From: a virus
Taxonomy: Duplodnaviria > Heunggongvirae > Uroviricota > Caudoviricetes
IMG/VR virus record: IMGVR_UViG_2703718815_000003
Strand: one strand, 5' to 3'
Length of the DNA stretch: 64,000 nucleotides
Shown: positions 48,227-58,225 of the stretch, one piece after another
How positions within the stretch are numbered: position 1 is the stretch's first letter
Layout: the number at the start of each line of letters is the position of its first letter
Translations under genes and position numbers: made by a program
The notes under the pieces: model-generated
What the model was told of the DNA's origin: nothing
The model's input: only the letters and a program-made list of their open reading frames with translations
Databases searched by the model: none

Positions 48227-49912
48227 TCATTTAACGCATTTGAAAACGTATACGCTGACTGTGATCCCTGTGTCTTCAAACTCGTTGGTAAACGACTTCC
48301 CTCTGGCATAAACGTAATTATCCATCGTCATCCAGTCCAGTATTGGCGCAGTGCCCGGCAATACTGCTACAAGACGCCCGCCGACTTTCAGATGCCCCAG
48401 CGCAGCCAGCGTGTGCTCTCTATGACGACCAAGCGAGTACGGCGGGTTCATAACGATTTTGTCGAACTGATAACCTGCGTTGTCCTCAGACCACTTTATG
48501 AAGTCGCAGCAAATCGTGTTCGTATACCCTTTTCCAAGCAGGATATCAGCGAAGAGAGGTGCGATTTCTATGCAGGTAACATCTTCCAGATCGGCGTTAA
48601 TATAGGCCAGAAGATCCCCACGTCCGGCTTGAGGCTCCAGCAGCTTCTCACCAGGCTTCAATTCAGTGGCTCTGGCAACGTACTCAGCAATCAAGCGTGG
48701 GGTAGGGTAGAACTGGTGTGATTTTGTATCCGGTATTAAACCGGTAGCCACAATCGTATTTAGCGTATGGCCGATGTCATACGGGAACTGCCAGTGCTTT
48801 TTCTCCTGCACGCCGCCAATGAAGCTCAGTGTGCGCTCAAGCTCTTCCACCTGCGACTTCTGGAGAGCTGAATCAGAGAAGTACCATACGCCTTTGTCTT
48901 TGCTCAATCGCCCGTCACGAAGCGCAGTGCGAACCGGCACGGAGATCGTCTTCTGGATTAACCCGAACTGCTTTGGTGCCCGTGTTTTTGGCGCAGTTCG
49001 GCATGGCGCGGGGATTGCAGCAGGCATACTGTAAGCCAGCACCTCATTCAACTTCCAGGCCACGTCAGGATGTATTTCAAAGTGAACGTTGCCGTTCTTG
49101 AACATCTTCACGCGCATCAGATTTCCATCGACGTTCATCCAGTCACCGGTCTGGCAGTCGTTTGCTCGATACGCAGCTGATAGCACCTCAGCAGTGCGGT
49201 TGATGGTAATAAATTCTTTGTGCGCGAAGAAATGAAGCAAGACACGCAGATCGTCGATGTAGTCCTCTTTGCGATAGTTCACGCTAACGCTGTCCCGCCA
49301 GAAATCAGAAATGCAGTCAGCGATTATCAGACGCTCGCTGAAACCGTTTGTCTTATTTGTCTTGTGCGCAGGACTCAGCGCCTTAAACAAGCCATACACG
49401 CGCTCAGAGAGATATTTGTGCCTGTCATTCAGCAAATTAAGCATCGTGGGTATGACCGTTTCTGCTTTGAACTCCGGTACACCAACGAACTCTTTAACCT
49501 TCATCTGGTAGCCGGTTCTGTCAGTTTTGATGACTTCCTGTTTGCCCTCTATAAACTGCTCGCGCCACTCATCTCGACGGGAAGCTGGCATGATCAGCAA
49601 AACGTTAGTCATGTCCGTGACCTTCCTCCAGTACTCGGCCCAAATATTCTGTTTCACCCATTCCAGATCGACTTTATCCAACCAACCTCGATTTAAACGC
49701 GAGCGATCTTCATCTGGTCGATGGTTTAGTCTCAGCAGGCGATTAATCATGTTGTGGCGTTCGTCGCCATAAACGAAGTCGTGAACCTGATACATGAAGG
49801 CGATCTCTTTCTCGCACTCGGCCACAATTTCGTGGATGACGTTCATTTCCTGCCGATAGTCGATAGCAGTGTTTGAGTTGGCATCGTCGATGATGGAAAG
49901 GGCTGTATTCAT
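48227..49912 (-). CDS. DNA methyltransferase (N6A/N4C type) with large N-terminal domain
   Basis: C-terminal AdoMet motif LEPQAGRGDL followed by catalytic MNPPYS. Confidence 0.65.
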   Translation of the reverse strand: MNTALSIIDDANSNTAIDYRQEMNVIHEIVAECEKEIAFMYQVHDFVYGDERHNMINRLLRLNHRPDEDRSRLNRGWLDKVDLEWVKQNIWAEYWRKVTDMTNVLLIMPASRRDEWREQFIEGKQEVIKTDRTGYQMKVKEFVGVPEFKAETVIPTMLNLLNDRHKYLSERVYGLFKALSPAHKTNKTNGFSERLIIADCISDFWRDSVSVNYRKEDYIDDLRVLLHFFAHKEFITINRTAEVLSAAYRANDCQTGDWMNVDGNLMRVKMFKNGNVHFEIHPDVAWKLNEVLAYSMPAAIPAPCRTAPKTRAPKQFGLIQKTISVPVRTALRDGRLSKDKGVWYFSDSALQKSQVEELERTLSFIGGVQEKKHWQFPYDIGHTLNTIVATGLIPDTKSHQFYPTPRLIAEYVARATELKPGEKLLEPQAGRGDLLAYINADLEDVTCIEIAPLFADILLGKGYTNTICCDFIKWSEDNAGYQFDKIVMNPPYSLGRHREHTLAALGHLKVGGRLVAVLPGTAPILDWMTMDNYVYARGKSFTNEFEDTGITVSVYVFKCVK

Positions 49913-50015
49913 AATTGCACCATTAAGAAGTGATTTGTTTAATGGTGCAATTATTTCAAAAATGAAAAGGTACTAAATAGAAATAAACAGGCAATCCTTC
50001 AAATAAAGGCATTGG

Positions 50016-50687
50016 CTAATCATACTTGGAGGTATTTATCACCAGAATTTTGTTTGTATAAATCTTCTTAATATCCCATGTGACATTACCGGAATACCAT
50101 TGACCGTTATATACTTGGTTTCCAGTTGCACCTGTCATTGTTACATAGACAGGTCTGTCGTAATCGGTTCGTCTATAGTTATATACTCCAACCATAGCAG
50201 GCATTACCGCACATGGATACCCCATATCTATTGTAAATTGAGGGTCAGAAATAGTGATAAGTTTCGCATCAAGGGGCATCATCTCACCGTGATACACCAT
50301 TGCGCCTGCGCTGTTATACATGGCAATGCCATAGCCAGAATGTGGTAACACCATATCAGAAAAAGCATAAACTGTTATTGTTCCGGGGCTACCATTTACC
50401 TGATGCAATCTGAGAGCATTGTATCCGTTACTATGCTCATGAATAAACATCATGTTCGCCTTATTACTGCTTTTTATGAAAAAAAAACATGATTTGTTTG
50501 ATGGGATTGATGTTTGAAAAACAGAACCTTTAGATGTAGACATTGTCCCTTTATTAATCAGATTTTGCGGAGTAAATTCTGGACTCATCCACAAACTTCC
50601 ATCTGATTGAGTAATTGACATCCCGAACATAATTATCCCCAGTATGTGTATATGTAAGAACCAAGCCCCGTATATAAATTTGACCAA
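50016..50687 (-). CDS. hypothetical protein (low-GC cargo); possibly one disrupted gene with 50633-50914
   Basis: Two ORFs overlap by about 55 nt in different frames. Confidence 0.35.
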   Translation of the reverse strand: MVKFIYGAWFLHIHILGIIMFGMSITQSDGSLWMSPEFTPQNLINKGTMSTSKGSVFQTSIPSNKSCFFFIKSSNKANMMFIHEHSNGYNALRLHQVNGSPGTITVYAFSDMVLPHSGYGIAMYNSAGAMVYHGEMMPLDAKLITISDPQFTIDMGYPCAVMPAMVGVYNYRRTDYDRPVYVTMTGATGNQVYNGQWYSGNVTWDIKKIYTNKILVINTSKYD

Positions 50688-50914
50688 CTAACCGTATTTC
50701 CATTAATAGTAACATTTGGAACAGGTAAATTGATGTAGTTGTCGTTGTTAAGAGGCATTAATGACCACACGGCATGTAGTGATTTACCCGGTGGCGGATT
50801 AGAGTACGTCTTAGAGCCTGATGACGCCGTAAATCGATCAAGAAAAAAAATAGGTGTAAGGAAGCCAGTAACGTTAATTCCTTTATTGTTGTAAATCCCT
50901 GTACCGTATGACAT
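50633..50914 (-). CDS. hypothetical protein / N-terminal fragment
   Basis: 93-aa ORF overlapping 50016-50687. Confidence 0.3.
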   Translation of the reverse strand: MSYGTGIYNNKGINVTGFLTPIFFLDRFTASSGSKTYSNPPPGKSLHAVWSLMPLNNDNYINLPVPNVTINGNTVSWSNLYTGLGSYIYTYWG

Positions 50915-50968
50915 TTTTCACCCTTGTTTTTATCAACACAATATGGCCGATCATGCGGCCATATCAGA

Positions 50969-51538
50969 TCAATTAGAGCTTTGAAAGACTTTGTGTGGTT
51001 GTGTTGCGAGGTTATGTCGATGGCTTAACTCACGCATCATGTCTTCAAGCCGACTCTTTGTGTCGTCGAGTTGGTCGGCCATTGCTCCCAAAAGCTGACG
51101 AACGGCCATCGGATCATCGCTGTTTAGTGATGGCATTTTATAACCCGCCTGAGAAGACATAAGATTGAACGCAGACATCAACATCGTTAGAGAGGATTTA
51201 AGCCCAGCAATTTCACGATCTTTGCTGGCAATAATCGCCTCACTCTTGTTAGTGTCATCAGTTCGTTGAGTCTCGCTCACCATATCCAAAGTCGCCTGCA
51301 ACTTATCAGCGCGCTCTTTTTCAGCAAGATAATGAACACCGAAATGATGTGCTAAAGCTACAACCTGAGTTGGCTCTTCAAAGGTGGACTCAAAATTAAG
51401 TGCTGTAACCACTCTCTCAAATATGGAAACGTCTTCTATTCCTCGAAGAATGGCTAACATTTTGACCAGTTCATTAGCATCCATTTCTTCGAATAAGGCG
51501 TTTTGTTCATCAGCTATCGCTTTGCATTTCTTGCACAT
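50969..51538 (-). CDS. hypothetical protein
   Basis: 189 aa; early motif gccaataagaaaacaacttgtttaagc upstream. Confidence 0.5.
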   Translation of the reverse strand: MCKKCKAIADEQNALFEEMDANELVKMLAILRGIEDVSIFERVVTALNFESTFEEPTQVVALAHHFGVHYLAEKERADKLQATLDMVSETQRTDDTNKSEAIIASKDREIAGLKSSLTMLMSAFNLMSSQAGYKMPSLNSDDPMAVRQLLGAMADQLDDTKSRLEDMMRELSHRHNLATQPHKVFQSSN

Positions 51539-51677
51539 GTGTTTTTCCTAATGCTTAAACAAGTTGTTTTCTTATTGGCTTTATTGTGATGTGGCATAAA
51601 AGGGGAGCAAGCTAAACGTAAAGGTGCAAACTCTCTATTTCGGTCAACGAAACACAAGGGCCATTTGGCCCTTGTCA

Positions 51678-51836
51678 TTAACACGTTGCTTTACGGACTA
51701 GCGGATAAGCGAAGTAGATCGCCAGACCAATGAGGACGCCATCAGAAATGACAGACATCATCTTTCCCGTAAAATCCACCAACACCGCCATCACCAGAAG
51801 AGCAATGACGATCACAAGCCGGAATCTCTCAAGCAT
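51678..51836 (-). CDS. small membrane protein (52 aa)
   Basis: Hand translation MLERFRLVIVIALLVMAVLVDFTGKMMSVISDGVLIGLAIYFAYPLVRKATC; below ORF-track threshold. Confidence 0.3.
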   Translation of the reverse strand: MLERFRLVIVIALLVMAVLVDFTGKMMSVISDGVLIGLAIYFAYPLVRKATC

Positions 51837-52261
51837 TAGAGATAAGCATCCAGTGACAACTGAAGCGCCTGGGCGATCTTTTTCAGTGCCTGCTCTTCTT
51901 GTTCACCAATGCCGTCCTGATCGGCAATATCAAGGCACAGACACAGAACATCGACCGCCTCTGGAGTACCCGCAATATCAGACAGCTCACGAATAGCCTG
52001 TGCATTAGCAGAACGAGGGGACGCTTCGTAACGAGCACGGATATTGGCGCTCATTTGGGCAATTTCACCAGCAAACGGAGAAAACGCAGGCAGAGCTGCA
52101 ATTGTCTTCTCAAGAATGGCAATTTCTTTTGCGTCACATGTGCCGTCGGCATAGGAGATCATGTACGCGCCCCACACGGTGGCCTCAACCGCATCACGGT
52201 TCTCCATTTTTTTGACTTCGATAACAGCTTTACGAGTTTTCTTTTTGAAGAAACCTAACAT
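51836..52261 (-). CDS. hypothetical protein
   Basis: 141 aa; early motif upstream. Confidence 0.5.
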   Translation of the reverse strand: MLGFFKKKTRKAVIEVKKMENRDAVEATVWGAYMISYADGTCDAKEIAILEKTIAALPAFSPFAGEIAQMSANIRARYEASPRSANAQAIRELSDIAGTPEAVDVLCLCLDIADQDGIGEQEEQALKKIAQALQLSLDAYL

Positions 52262-52354
52262 GTGCTTTCCTTTTATTATTTGTCAAAACAAGTTGTTTTC
52301 TAATTACATAAATTGCTTACGCAGAGATGGTCAATGCATATGCACTAACAGCCG

Positions 52355-52543
52355 TCAGAAATAACCAAGTACCGAACCAACTGGAAAAACAAAAATCCCA
52401 ACTACACGAGCCAAGGTCATGCCAGCCTGAAACTGGAGATCGCCAGAGCAAACAAGTTTTATAATGTTCGATACCCAACCGGCGGCCATAAGGGCAAGAA
52501 TTGCCAGCCAAATTTTTCCAAAGTGATTTGAAAACCAGTTCAT
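52355..52543 (-). CDS. small membrane protein
   Basis: 62 aa with two hydrophobic segments. Confidence 0.4.
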   Translation of the reverse strand: MNWFSNHFGKIWLAILALMAAGWVSNIIKLVCSGDLQFQAGMTLARVVGIFVFPVGSVLGYF

Positions 52544-52552
52544 ACAACCGCC

Positions 52553-53047
52553 TTAGTCACAGCATGATCCTGAGTAACTGGATGAACTTGAGGTATCGCA
52601 TCCACCGCCATCCCATCCAGAGTGACAGGACGCTCCACTGGAGTGGTGGTAATTGTCGTCGACGAAGGTGTGGTGATGGATGAATCCGGCATCAAAAGGC
52701 TCTGACCGGCTGGAACGGCTACCGTCGCCAGTGAAACTATAATGAGAACGTAGGCCATTGGTTTCAGCCTCTTTCTTTGAAAATTTTCCATTCGAACTGT
52801 CCTTGTTGTTTTTCTCCTTCACTAAAGGCCGTGCATTTTTCGCTTCGCGTGAAGAGCCAGAGGCAACAATCGCCCCCACGTTCGCAACAACTGACGCTTG
52901 ATTATCTAAACGTTCATTCAGCAACCGAACGGTAGTCTCTAGTTCTTCAAGGCGTGACATAACACGACCGCTAAATAATTCGGCCAAAATTTGACGTAAA
53001 GAACGAGGGCGTTTAGTTACAGAAGTGAAATAGGTTTGACGTGCCAT
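52553..53047 (-). CDS. hypothetical protein; C-terminal half low-complexity, alternative embedded ORF 52540-52791
   Basis: N-terminal coiled coil; second half Ser/Gly/His-rich; embedded out-of-frame ORF has a hydrophobic N-terminus. Confidence 0.35.
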   Translation of the reverse strand: MARQTYFTSVTKRPRSLRQILAELFSGRVMSRLEELETTVRLLNERLDNQASVVANVGAIVASGSSREAKNARPLVKEKNNKDSSNGKFSKKEAETNGLRSHYSFTGDGSRSSRSEPFDAGFIHHHTFVDDNYHHSSGASCHSGWDGGGCDTSSSSSYSGSCCD

Positions 53048-53195
53048 GTGGACTCCATCCAGTGTCAGAAAGAGTTGCGGCTGGCGATTGCCAGCCGCCT
53101 TTCTCGTTCCATCCTGGAACTGTGTCTTACCGACACATTGTCATCCTGACGCCGATAAGATACATGATTTAAAATGATAGGTAAACACTTACTTA

Positions 53196-53786
53196 CTATT
53201 TATTATAAACAAAACCAATATCTTTCTTGTGAGGCATATCTGCTGCTGAAAAAGCTGCGATCTTCGCGAGTCGATCACATATTTCATTTTCACGATGCCC
53301 GGCGTGACCTTTAACCCACTTCCAGCGAACATTATGTCGACTTGCGGCCTCATCCAGACGCTTCCACAGATCAACATTCTTTACCGGTTTTTTGTCAGAA
53401 GTCATCCATCCATTGCGTTTCCACCATTTCATCCACTGTGTCATGCCGTTTTTCAGATACTGGCTATCAGAGTGCAAAATAACGTTGCATGGATATTTCA
53501 AACGCTCCAGCCCGATAAGTGCCCCCATCATCTCCATGCGGTTATTGGTGGTGCTATGAAAACCATCTGAGAACTCGCGTTCCTCACCACGATACTGGAG
53601 AACTATACCGTAACCGCCCGGGCCACCCGGATTTTTAAGGCAAGAGCCATCACTGAAGATTTTCACGGTTTTAAGCTGGGGATTGAACTCTACGACAGGC
53701 GTTGTGGAATTGGTGCGGGGAGAATTTTTGTTTTTGGCTTTTTTGCGAGTTTTTTCTTGCGATCGGGCTGGTGTCTTCGTCGTCAT
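53196..53786 (-). CDS. rnhA: ribonuclease H (RnhA-like)
   Basis: RNase H1-like motifs [37 protein letters not shown]; start ATG 53786 with AGGAG. Confidence 0.8.
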   Translation of the reverse strand: MTTKTPARSQEKTRKKAKNKNSPRTNSTTPVVEFNPQLKTVKIFSDGSCLKNPGGPGGYGIVLQYRGEEREFSDGFHSTTNNRMEMMGALIGLERLKYPCNVILHSDSQYLKNGMTQWMKWWKRNGWMTSDKKPVKNVDLWKRLDEAASRHNVRWKWVKGHAGHRENEICDRLAKIAAFSAADMPHKKDIGFVYNK

Positions 53787-53879
53787 ATAAACTCCTGAAT
53801 CAAGCGCCGCGCCGATTTTTTTTCCTCGCGCGTGCGCACACGCGTGCGTGTTAATAATTATTAAAATAAACAAATTACT

Positions 53880-54370
53880 TCCCAGAACAGGTTTTTATAA
53901 ACCTGAACTGAACGAACGAAGTGAGTGAAGTTCACCTCGAACGAAGTGAGAGGTTGTCTTTTCAGGTAATACTCTCCCAGGGAGGTGAGTATAAAAATCC
54001 CTCACCAACCTGGTCGTTTCATAACCTGAAAAGTTATGGTCTAAGTCTACTGCCAGCTTAGACTTGGGAAGTTATGGATGACAGCACCCCAGAACCGAGA
54101 TCTTCCCACACTTTATGAAGGGGAGTACTGGATTCAACCTCTCGAAACACCCCAGACTCGACAATCATAAAGTGACCCTTGTCTCCGCTCACTTTGGTTC
54201 CCCCTTCCCCGACACCTAAACGGCACCAGTTCTACGCTGGTAGTGAGCTTTTTTAAACCTGACGCCAGTGACGCTTACCCCCACCCATCAGGTCGAGTCT
54301 CCAGTCTACGACTGGAAACTATCAGATCTTAGCACTTACAATTCACTTTATGAATAGTTTGTACTTATCT
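53880..54370. other. about 500-bp non-coding region with direct repeats and hairpins
   Basis: cgaacgaagtgag x2, aagttatgg x2, hairpin ctaagtctactgccagcttagacttgg; no convincing ORF. Confidence 0.4.
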
Positions 54371-54371
54371 A

Positions 54372-54602
54372 TCATTGTGATTGATTATTTTCTCTACCAT
54401 GTAGTTGAACATTCAAGGCAAACACCTCATTGATCAACTCACCTAAAAGCTGTTCAACAAGTTCGCGATGCTCGCCAAGATGCAAGCACTTAATTGCCCA
54501 TTCGTACAAGTTGAAAGCCTGCTCACGATCTTTCATCATTTCACGAGCCTGGGCCAGAAAATCGCTCTCTACGAGCGCAACGACATTAGTCGGGTATGAC
54601 AT
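54372..54602 (-). CDS. hypothetical small protein
   Basis: Start ATG 54602 with AAGGA upstream. Confidence 0.45.
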   Translation of the reverse strand: MSYPTNVVALVESDFLAQAREMMKDREQAFNLYEWAIKCLHLGEHRELVEQLLGELINEVFALNVQLHGRENNQSQ

Positions 54603-54683
54603 GTTGGTTTCCTTAAAGTGGTTCATAAAATCGATTTTAAAGCGTCTGGGAAGGGGTTCTAGTGGATTCTGTAGTGATGTTCA

Positions 54684-54775
54684 GGTCTGGAGTCTCTGAT
54701 ACAAAACAGCCTGCTTCCGTATATTAATAATTAATATGTAGTTATTTATATATACAGAAGCAGGCTAATTACAGA
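54684..54775. repeat. second copy of the imperfect inverted repeat seen at 23375-23473
   Basis: Shares ggtctgg...agcctgcttccgtatat...atatatacagaagcagg. Confidence 0.5.
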
Positions 54776-54787
54776 CGCCAGAACAAA

Positions 54788-55381
54788 CTAAGCAGCCTTC
54801 TTTGATGGTCTTTTTTTCCTGATCACATTCGCAGGATCATACCCTCCCAGACTTTTCATGACGTCCAAAGGGATCTTGCTTATAGAGTGCCCAGCGTCCT
54901 GACAGAATCCTCGAAAAACAACGAGCATACTGCCACCTGGGTTGATGTTTACTTCTACCTGACCCAGATTGACGTCAGGCTCGACAAACGCTACGCGGCC
55001 ACCAGACAGAATAATCGTCTCATTCGCACACTCTGTTGCACGCTCATACCACTTTGTATCTAGGGATTGAGGAATTAGCATCACTGTTGTAACTCCGCGA
55101 GCCTGCTCACGTATAGCCGCATCAATCCAGGGGGAGATTTTGGAGTAGGGTGGATTGAGGAAGGCAATTGTACCTGGCTGTCCCCATTCAGATTTCAAAG
55201 CATCACGCTCAACGCCTATGAAATTAGGCAGCTTTGCATTGTCCTTGTTGCAGGCAACGTCAACATCAAATGTCACTCCAAGATAACGTTGAATGGCAGA
55301 AAACAGCCAGTCAGGTGTTCTCCAGAGGTCACGAAGAGAGTTGTCGCGCTTTCGCTGTTTGATTTTTTCGGCTGCAATCAT
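54788..55381 (-). CDS. phage-type N6-adenine DNA methyltransferase (Dam-like)
   Basis: WRTPDWLF N-terminus and FLNPPYS catalytic motif. Confidence 0.8.
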   Translation of the reverse strand: MIAAEKIKQRKRDNSLRDLWRTPDWLFSAIQRYLGVTFDVDVACNKDNAKLPNFIGVERDALKSEWGQPGTIAFLNPPYSKISPWIDAAIREQARGVTTVMLIPQSLDTKWYERATECANETIILSGGRVAFVEPDVNLGQVEVNINPGGSMLVVFRGFCQDAGHSISKIPLDVMKSLGGYDPANVIRKKRPSKKAA

Positions 55382-55564
55382 CTTCTTTCTCGATAGGTAA
55401 GTAAATACCTATTTTTGCATTTGATTTTATGTCTGGCAATCAAATAAAACGCGCCAGAAATGCAAACGAGAAGCTCTCTGGCGCGTTTTTGTGGTGCTGG
55501 GTATGTGATTGGCTTACCCAGCACTATAAAGCTCTCTATGGGCTTTATTTTCAGTAGGGGAACG

Positions 55565-56374
55565 TCATCCAATAGTGTACTCCGCGACAAACTTCTTAAC
55601 GATCGGTGATTCTTCGTTCAATGTTAGATTTCCACCGTCTCTAACGGCAATTCCTGTCGCTGGAAATACAGCCATCATTTGCCCAGCCTGAGTTGACGCA
55701 GTGTTAAGCGGATACGGTTTTTCTGGATTGCTCATTAAAGCAATCTTAATACTATTACTTGTAGCCTTCTTTTCTGTGAGAAGGTGTCTCATGGAAATTA
55801 CCGTGTAAACACTAATATCTGGACCTCCGCTAAACCAATTAAGAAGGTTTAATATCTTATCCTTTGCTTTGACAGGCGCGTTATCGTAAGCGTCTAAAAA
55901 AATATCTTTCTCTAAACCCGCTTTATTGAAAAACGCATCATCTTTATCACTTAGAGCAAAACGAGGACCTCTTGCAGTACGCGCTTTTTTATTTGTGTTG
56001 CTATCATTTGACTGTTGAACTTTTAATTCATCATTAATCTCAACACACCCTTCAACCTCGATGATCCCCAACTGTTCTGGTTCGTTTTCGGCAGCTTCAC
56101 CACTTTCAGCGTTAATTACGTTTATAGGCTCATGCGCTAACTCCAACTCATTTAAAGCTGAGCTGAAATCACCTGCTTTTTCTTCATTGAACAGTTCTTC
56201 GGCAACATCATCAGAACTCATGGCTACGCCAGCATCTAGGCCGAGCAGCAGATCGTCAATATCATCAGTATTTTCAACCTGTGCAGCTTTTTTTACTGGT
56301 TCATCAAGTGATTGCAACATGGCTGCCAGCTCGTCCAGATCATCATTTGTCATTACATTTTCAACCGAACTCAT
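55565..56374 (-). CDS. hypothetical acidic protein
   Basis: 269 aa, very acidic N-terminal half; AGGAG RBS. Confidence 0.5.
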   Translation of the reverse strand: MSSVENVMTNDDLDELAAMLQSLDEPVKKAAQVENTDDIDDLLLGLDAGVAMSSDDVAEELFNEEKAGDFSSALNELELAHEPINVINAESGEAAENEPEQLGIIEVEGCVEINDELKVQQSNDSNTNKKARTARGPRFALSDKDDAFFNKAGLEKDIFLDAYDNAPVKAKDKILNLLNWFSGGPDISVYTVISMRHLLTEKKATSNSIKIALMSNPEKPYPLNTASTQAGQMMAVFPATGIAVRDGGNLTLNEESPIVKKFVAEYTIG

Positions 56375-56532
56375 GTAAGTCTCCTTCTGTTTGGTTACAT
56401 TTGCGTTTCGATGGCTACATTTTGACTAAACCTATCAGGCGGAAAAGTATTAAATACAGGCAGGAAATGATTGAAAGGCGACTGTTCTTTAAAAGAAAGC
56501 CTACTTTAAACTTTTTAAAGTAGGCTTTTGTT

Positions 56533-57090
56533 TTACACAATTTCAGAGGGTAATTTAAAAAATCCGTACTTATTACGTGCCTTAAAGAAGCATTGCATCA
56601 TTAAGTTTGTGTCATATAAGGCACTATGTGCTTTGGCATGATCGTATATAAAGCCAAGAGAGAAGGCCAACTCTTCAAGGCGGGGACGTTTACCGTCTTC
56701 TGTGGCCCACAATCCCGATAACATAGTATCTATAACAGGAACTTCTGGCAGTCTTACTCCATACCCTGAAAACTCGTGTCGAATAAATGGTATATCAAAT
56801 GCTTCGCCGTTATGAGCAACCCACACACTACATGCCCCCATATAAGCGCCAATTTCGCTGGCATGATTTGACAACAAAGGTTCAGCTGCGAGCTGTTCCA
56901 ATGAAATGCCATGAACGGCTTGAGCTTTCGGATCTATGTTTCTGCGAGGGTTAAAACGCATCTCCAGACTATCAATATGTCTCTGTGTCTCCAGTTCATA
57001 GCGGGTAATTGCGATTTCAATAATTTTATGACCAGCAAGGAAATCCAGTCCCGTAGACTCGATATCGATGCCTGCAACAATCGTTGTCAT
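56533..57090 (-). CDS. DnaQ-like 3'-5' exonuclease (DEDDh)
   Basis: Exo I DIESTG, Exo II HNGEAFD, Exo III H....YD. Confidence 0.75.
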   Translation of the reverse strand: MTTIVAGIDIESTGLDFLAGHKIIEIAITRYELETQRHIDSLEMRFNPRRNIDPKAQAVHGISLEQLAAEPLLSNHASEIGAYMGACSVWVAHNGEAFDIPFIRHEFSGYGVRLPEVPVIDTMLSGLWATEDGKRPRLEELAFSLGFIYDHAKAHSALYDTNLMMQCFFKARNKYGFFKLPSEIV

Positions 57091-57099
57091 CAGAACTCC

Positions 57100-57519
57100 T
57101 TACAACTTCTTAGCGCCCTTAAGTAGTGCGCTACGTACAAATTGAGCCGCTTTTTTCAAAGTTTCTTCACTGGTTTCACAGACAATCGGATCTTTCCACT
57201 TACCTGACACAGTGTTGAGAATATTGATTTGGTTGCTATCCAGACAAACAGAGATATAAAGCACCGTGCCACCAGCCAGCATCAAATGCATAGGAAACAG
57301 AGGCTTTTTACTGCCTTCACTGAACTGAGACATGGCGATGTTAATGGCTTCACCCACTTGTGTACCAACAAGCCCCTGCGCAGTTTCGAATATGGCACGA
57401 ATAGCCAGACGAGCCTCTCGATCGCTCATAAGCGACCGGGAATGTTCGTCCGCTACACGAATCAAAGCCTCTGTTGTTTTCCGATCCAGTTCATCTTCAA
57501 GCAACATTTCACTAAACAT
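57100..57519 (-). CDS. hypothetical protein
   Basis: 139-aa ORF. Confidence 0.5.
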   Translation of the reverse strand: MFSEMLLEDELDRKTTEALIRVADEHSRSLMSDREARLAIRAIFETAQGLVGTQVGEAINIAMSQFSEGSKKPLFPMHLMLAGGTVLYISVCLDSNQINILNTVSGKWKDPIVCETSEETLKKAAQFVRSALLKGAKKL

Positions 57520-57580
57520 TTTTTATCCTTAACCCATTTTGAGAGTTTTATTGTCGCAATGTCGAAGAGGCGAACAATTT

Positions 57581-58225
57581 CTAATGAACGGTCACTCGGC
57601 CACAGAACCGGTTTTCTATCTTTTCTACAGCGTTATCTAGCATTCTCATCACTGATCTGGCTCTTGCTTCAACCGTGCGATATCGGTTGGAAACGACGAA
57701 GGTTTGCAGATCTCCCCTTTGCGGATGCAGGTGAATTTTTGTCAGTTCCCCGCACATCAACGCATCAATACGAGCGACATACAGACGGTCTAATGATGCT
57801 CGTTGTGATCGCAAGTAATCTCGCTCTGAGAGAGCGACTCCCGGGCGTAAGCCAGCAATGGCGTTAAAGTTTGAAATAGCAGTTTTGTGGCAAAACTTTT
57901 CGATATCGAGGGCTAACTCAATACACCGATCTTCATTTGTATGGCCGACCAAATCCAACGTGTAGGCCATAACATCAGCAGGTGTGCGATCGATAACAAA
58001 GCCTTCAACACCACGCGTAAGTAGCTCTATATGCTTTGCTATTTCCATTTGAATCTGAAGCCGCTCATATAGAGGCATAGAATCACCTACTCGAACACCG
58101 AGGCGGCTCATCAAACTTCCGACACCAGCATCCACGTAAGGGATTCCGTAATGTTTGTCGATATATTTAGCCAGGGTTGTTTTCCCACTGCCCTGAGCAC
58201 CAGTGATCCCAATCCGGTAATCCAT
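57581..58225 (-). CDS. P-loop kinase (candidate dNMP/nucleoside kinase)
   Basis: Walker A GAQGSGKTT near N-terminus; location in nucleotide-metabolism module. Confidence 0.55.
   Translation of the reverse strand: MDYRIGITGAQGSGKTTLAKYIDKHYGIPYVDAGVGSLMSRLGVRVGDSMPLYERLQIQMEIAKHIELLTRGVEGFVIDRTPADVMAYTLDLVGHTNEDRCIELALDIEKFCHKTAISNFNAIAGLRPGVALSERDYLRSQRASLDRLYVARIDALMCGELTKIHLHPQRGDLQTFVVSNRYRTVEARARSVMRMLDNAVEKIENRFCGRVTVH

Noticed and set aside
53880-54370. Possible tRNA gene(s) in the non-coding region
   Set aside because: Looked for acceptor/T-arm (GGTTCGA-type) patterns by eye and found no cloverleaf; left unresolved pending tRNAscan-SE.
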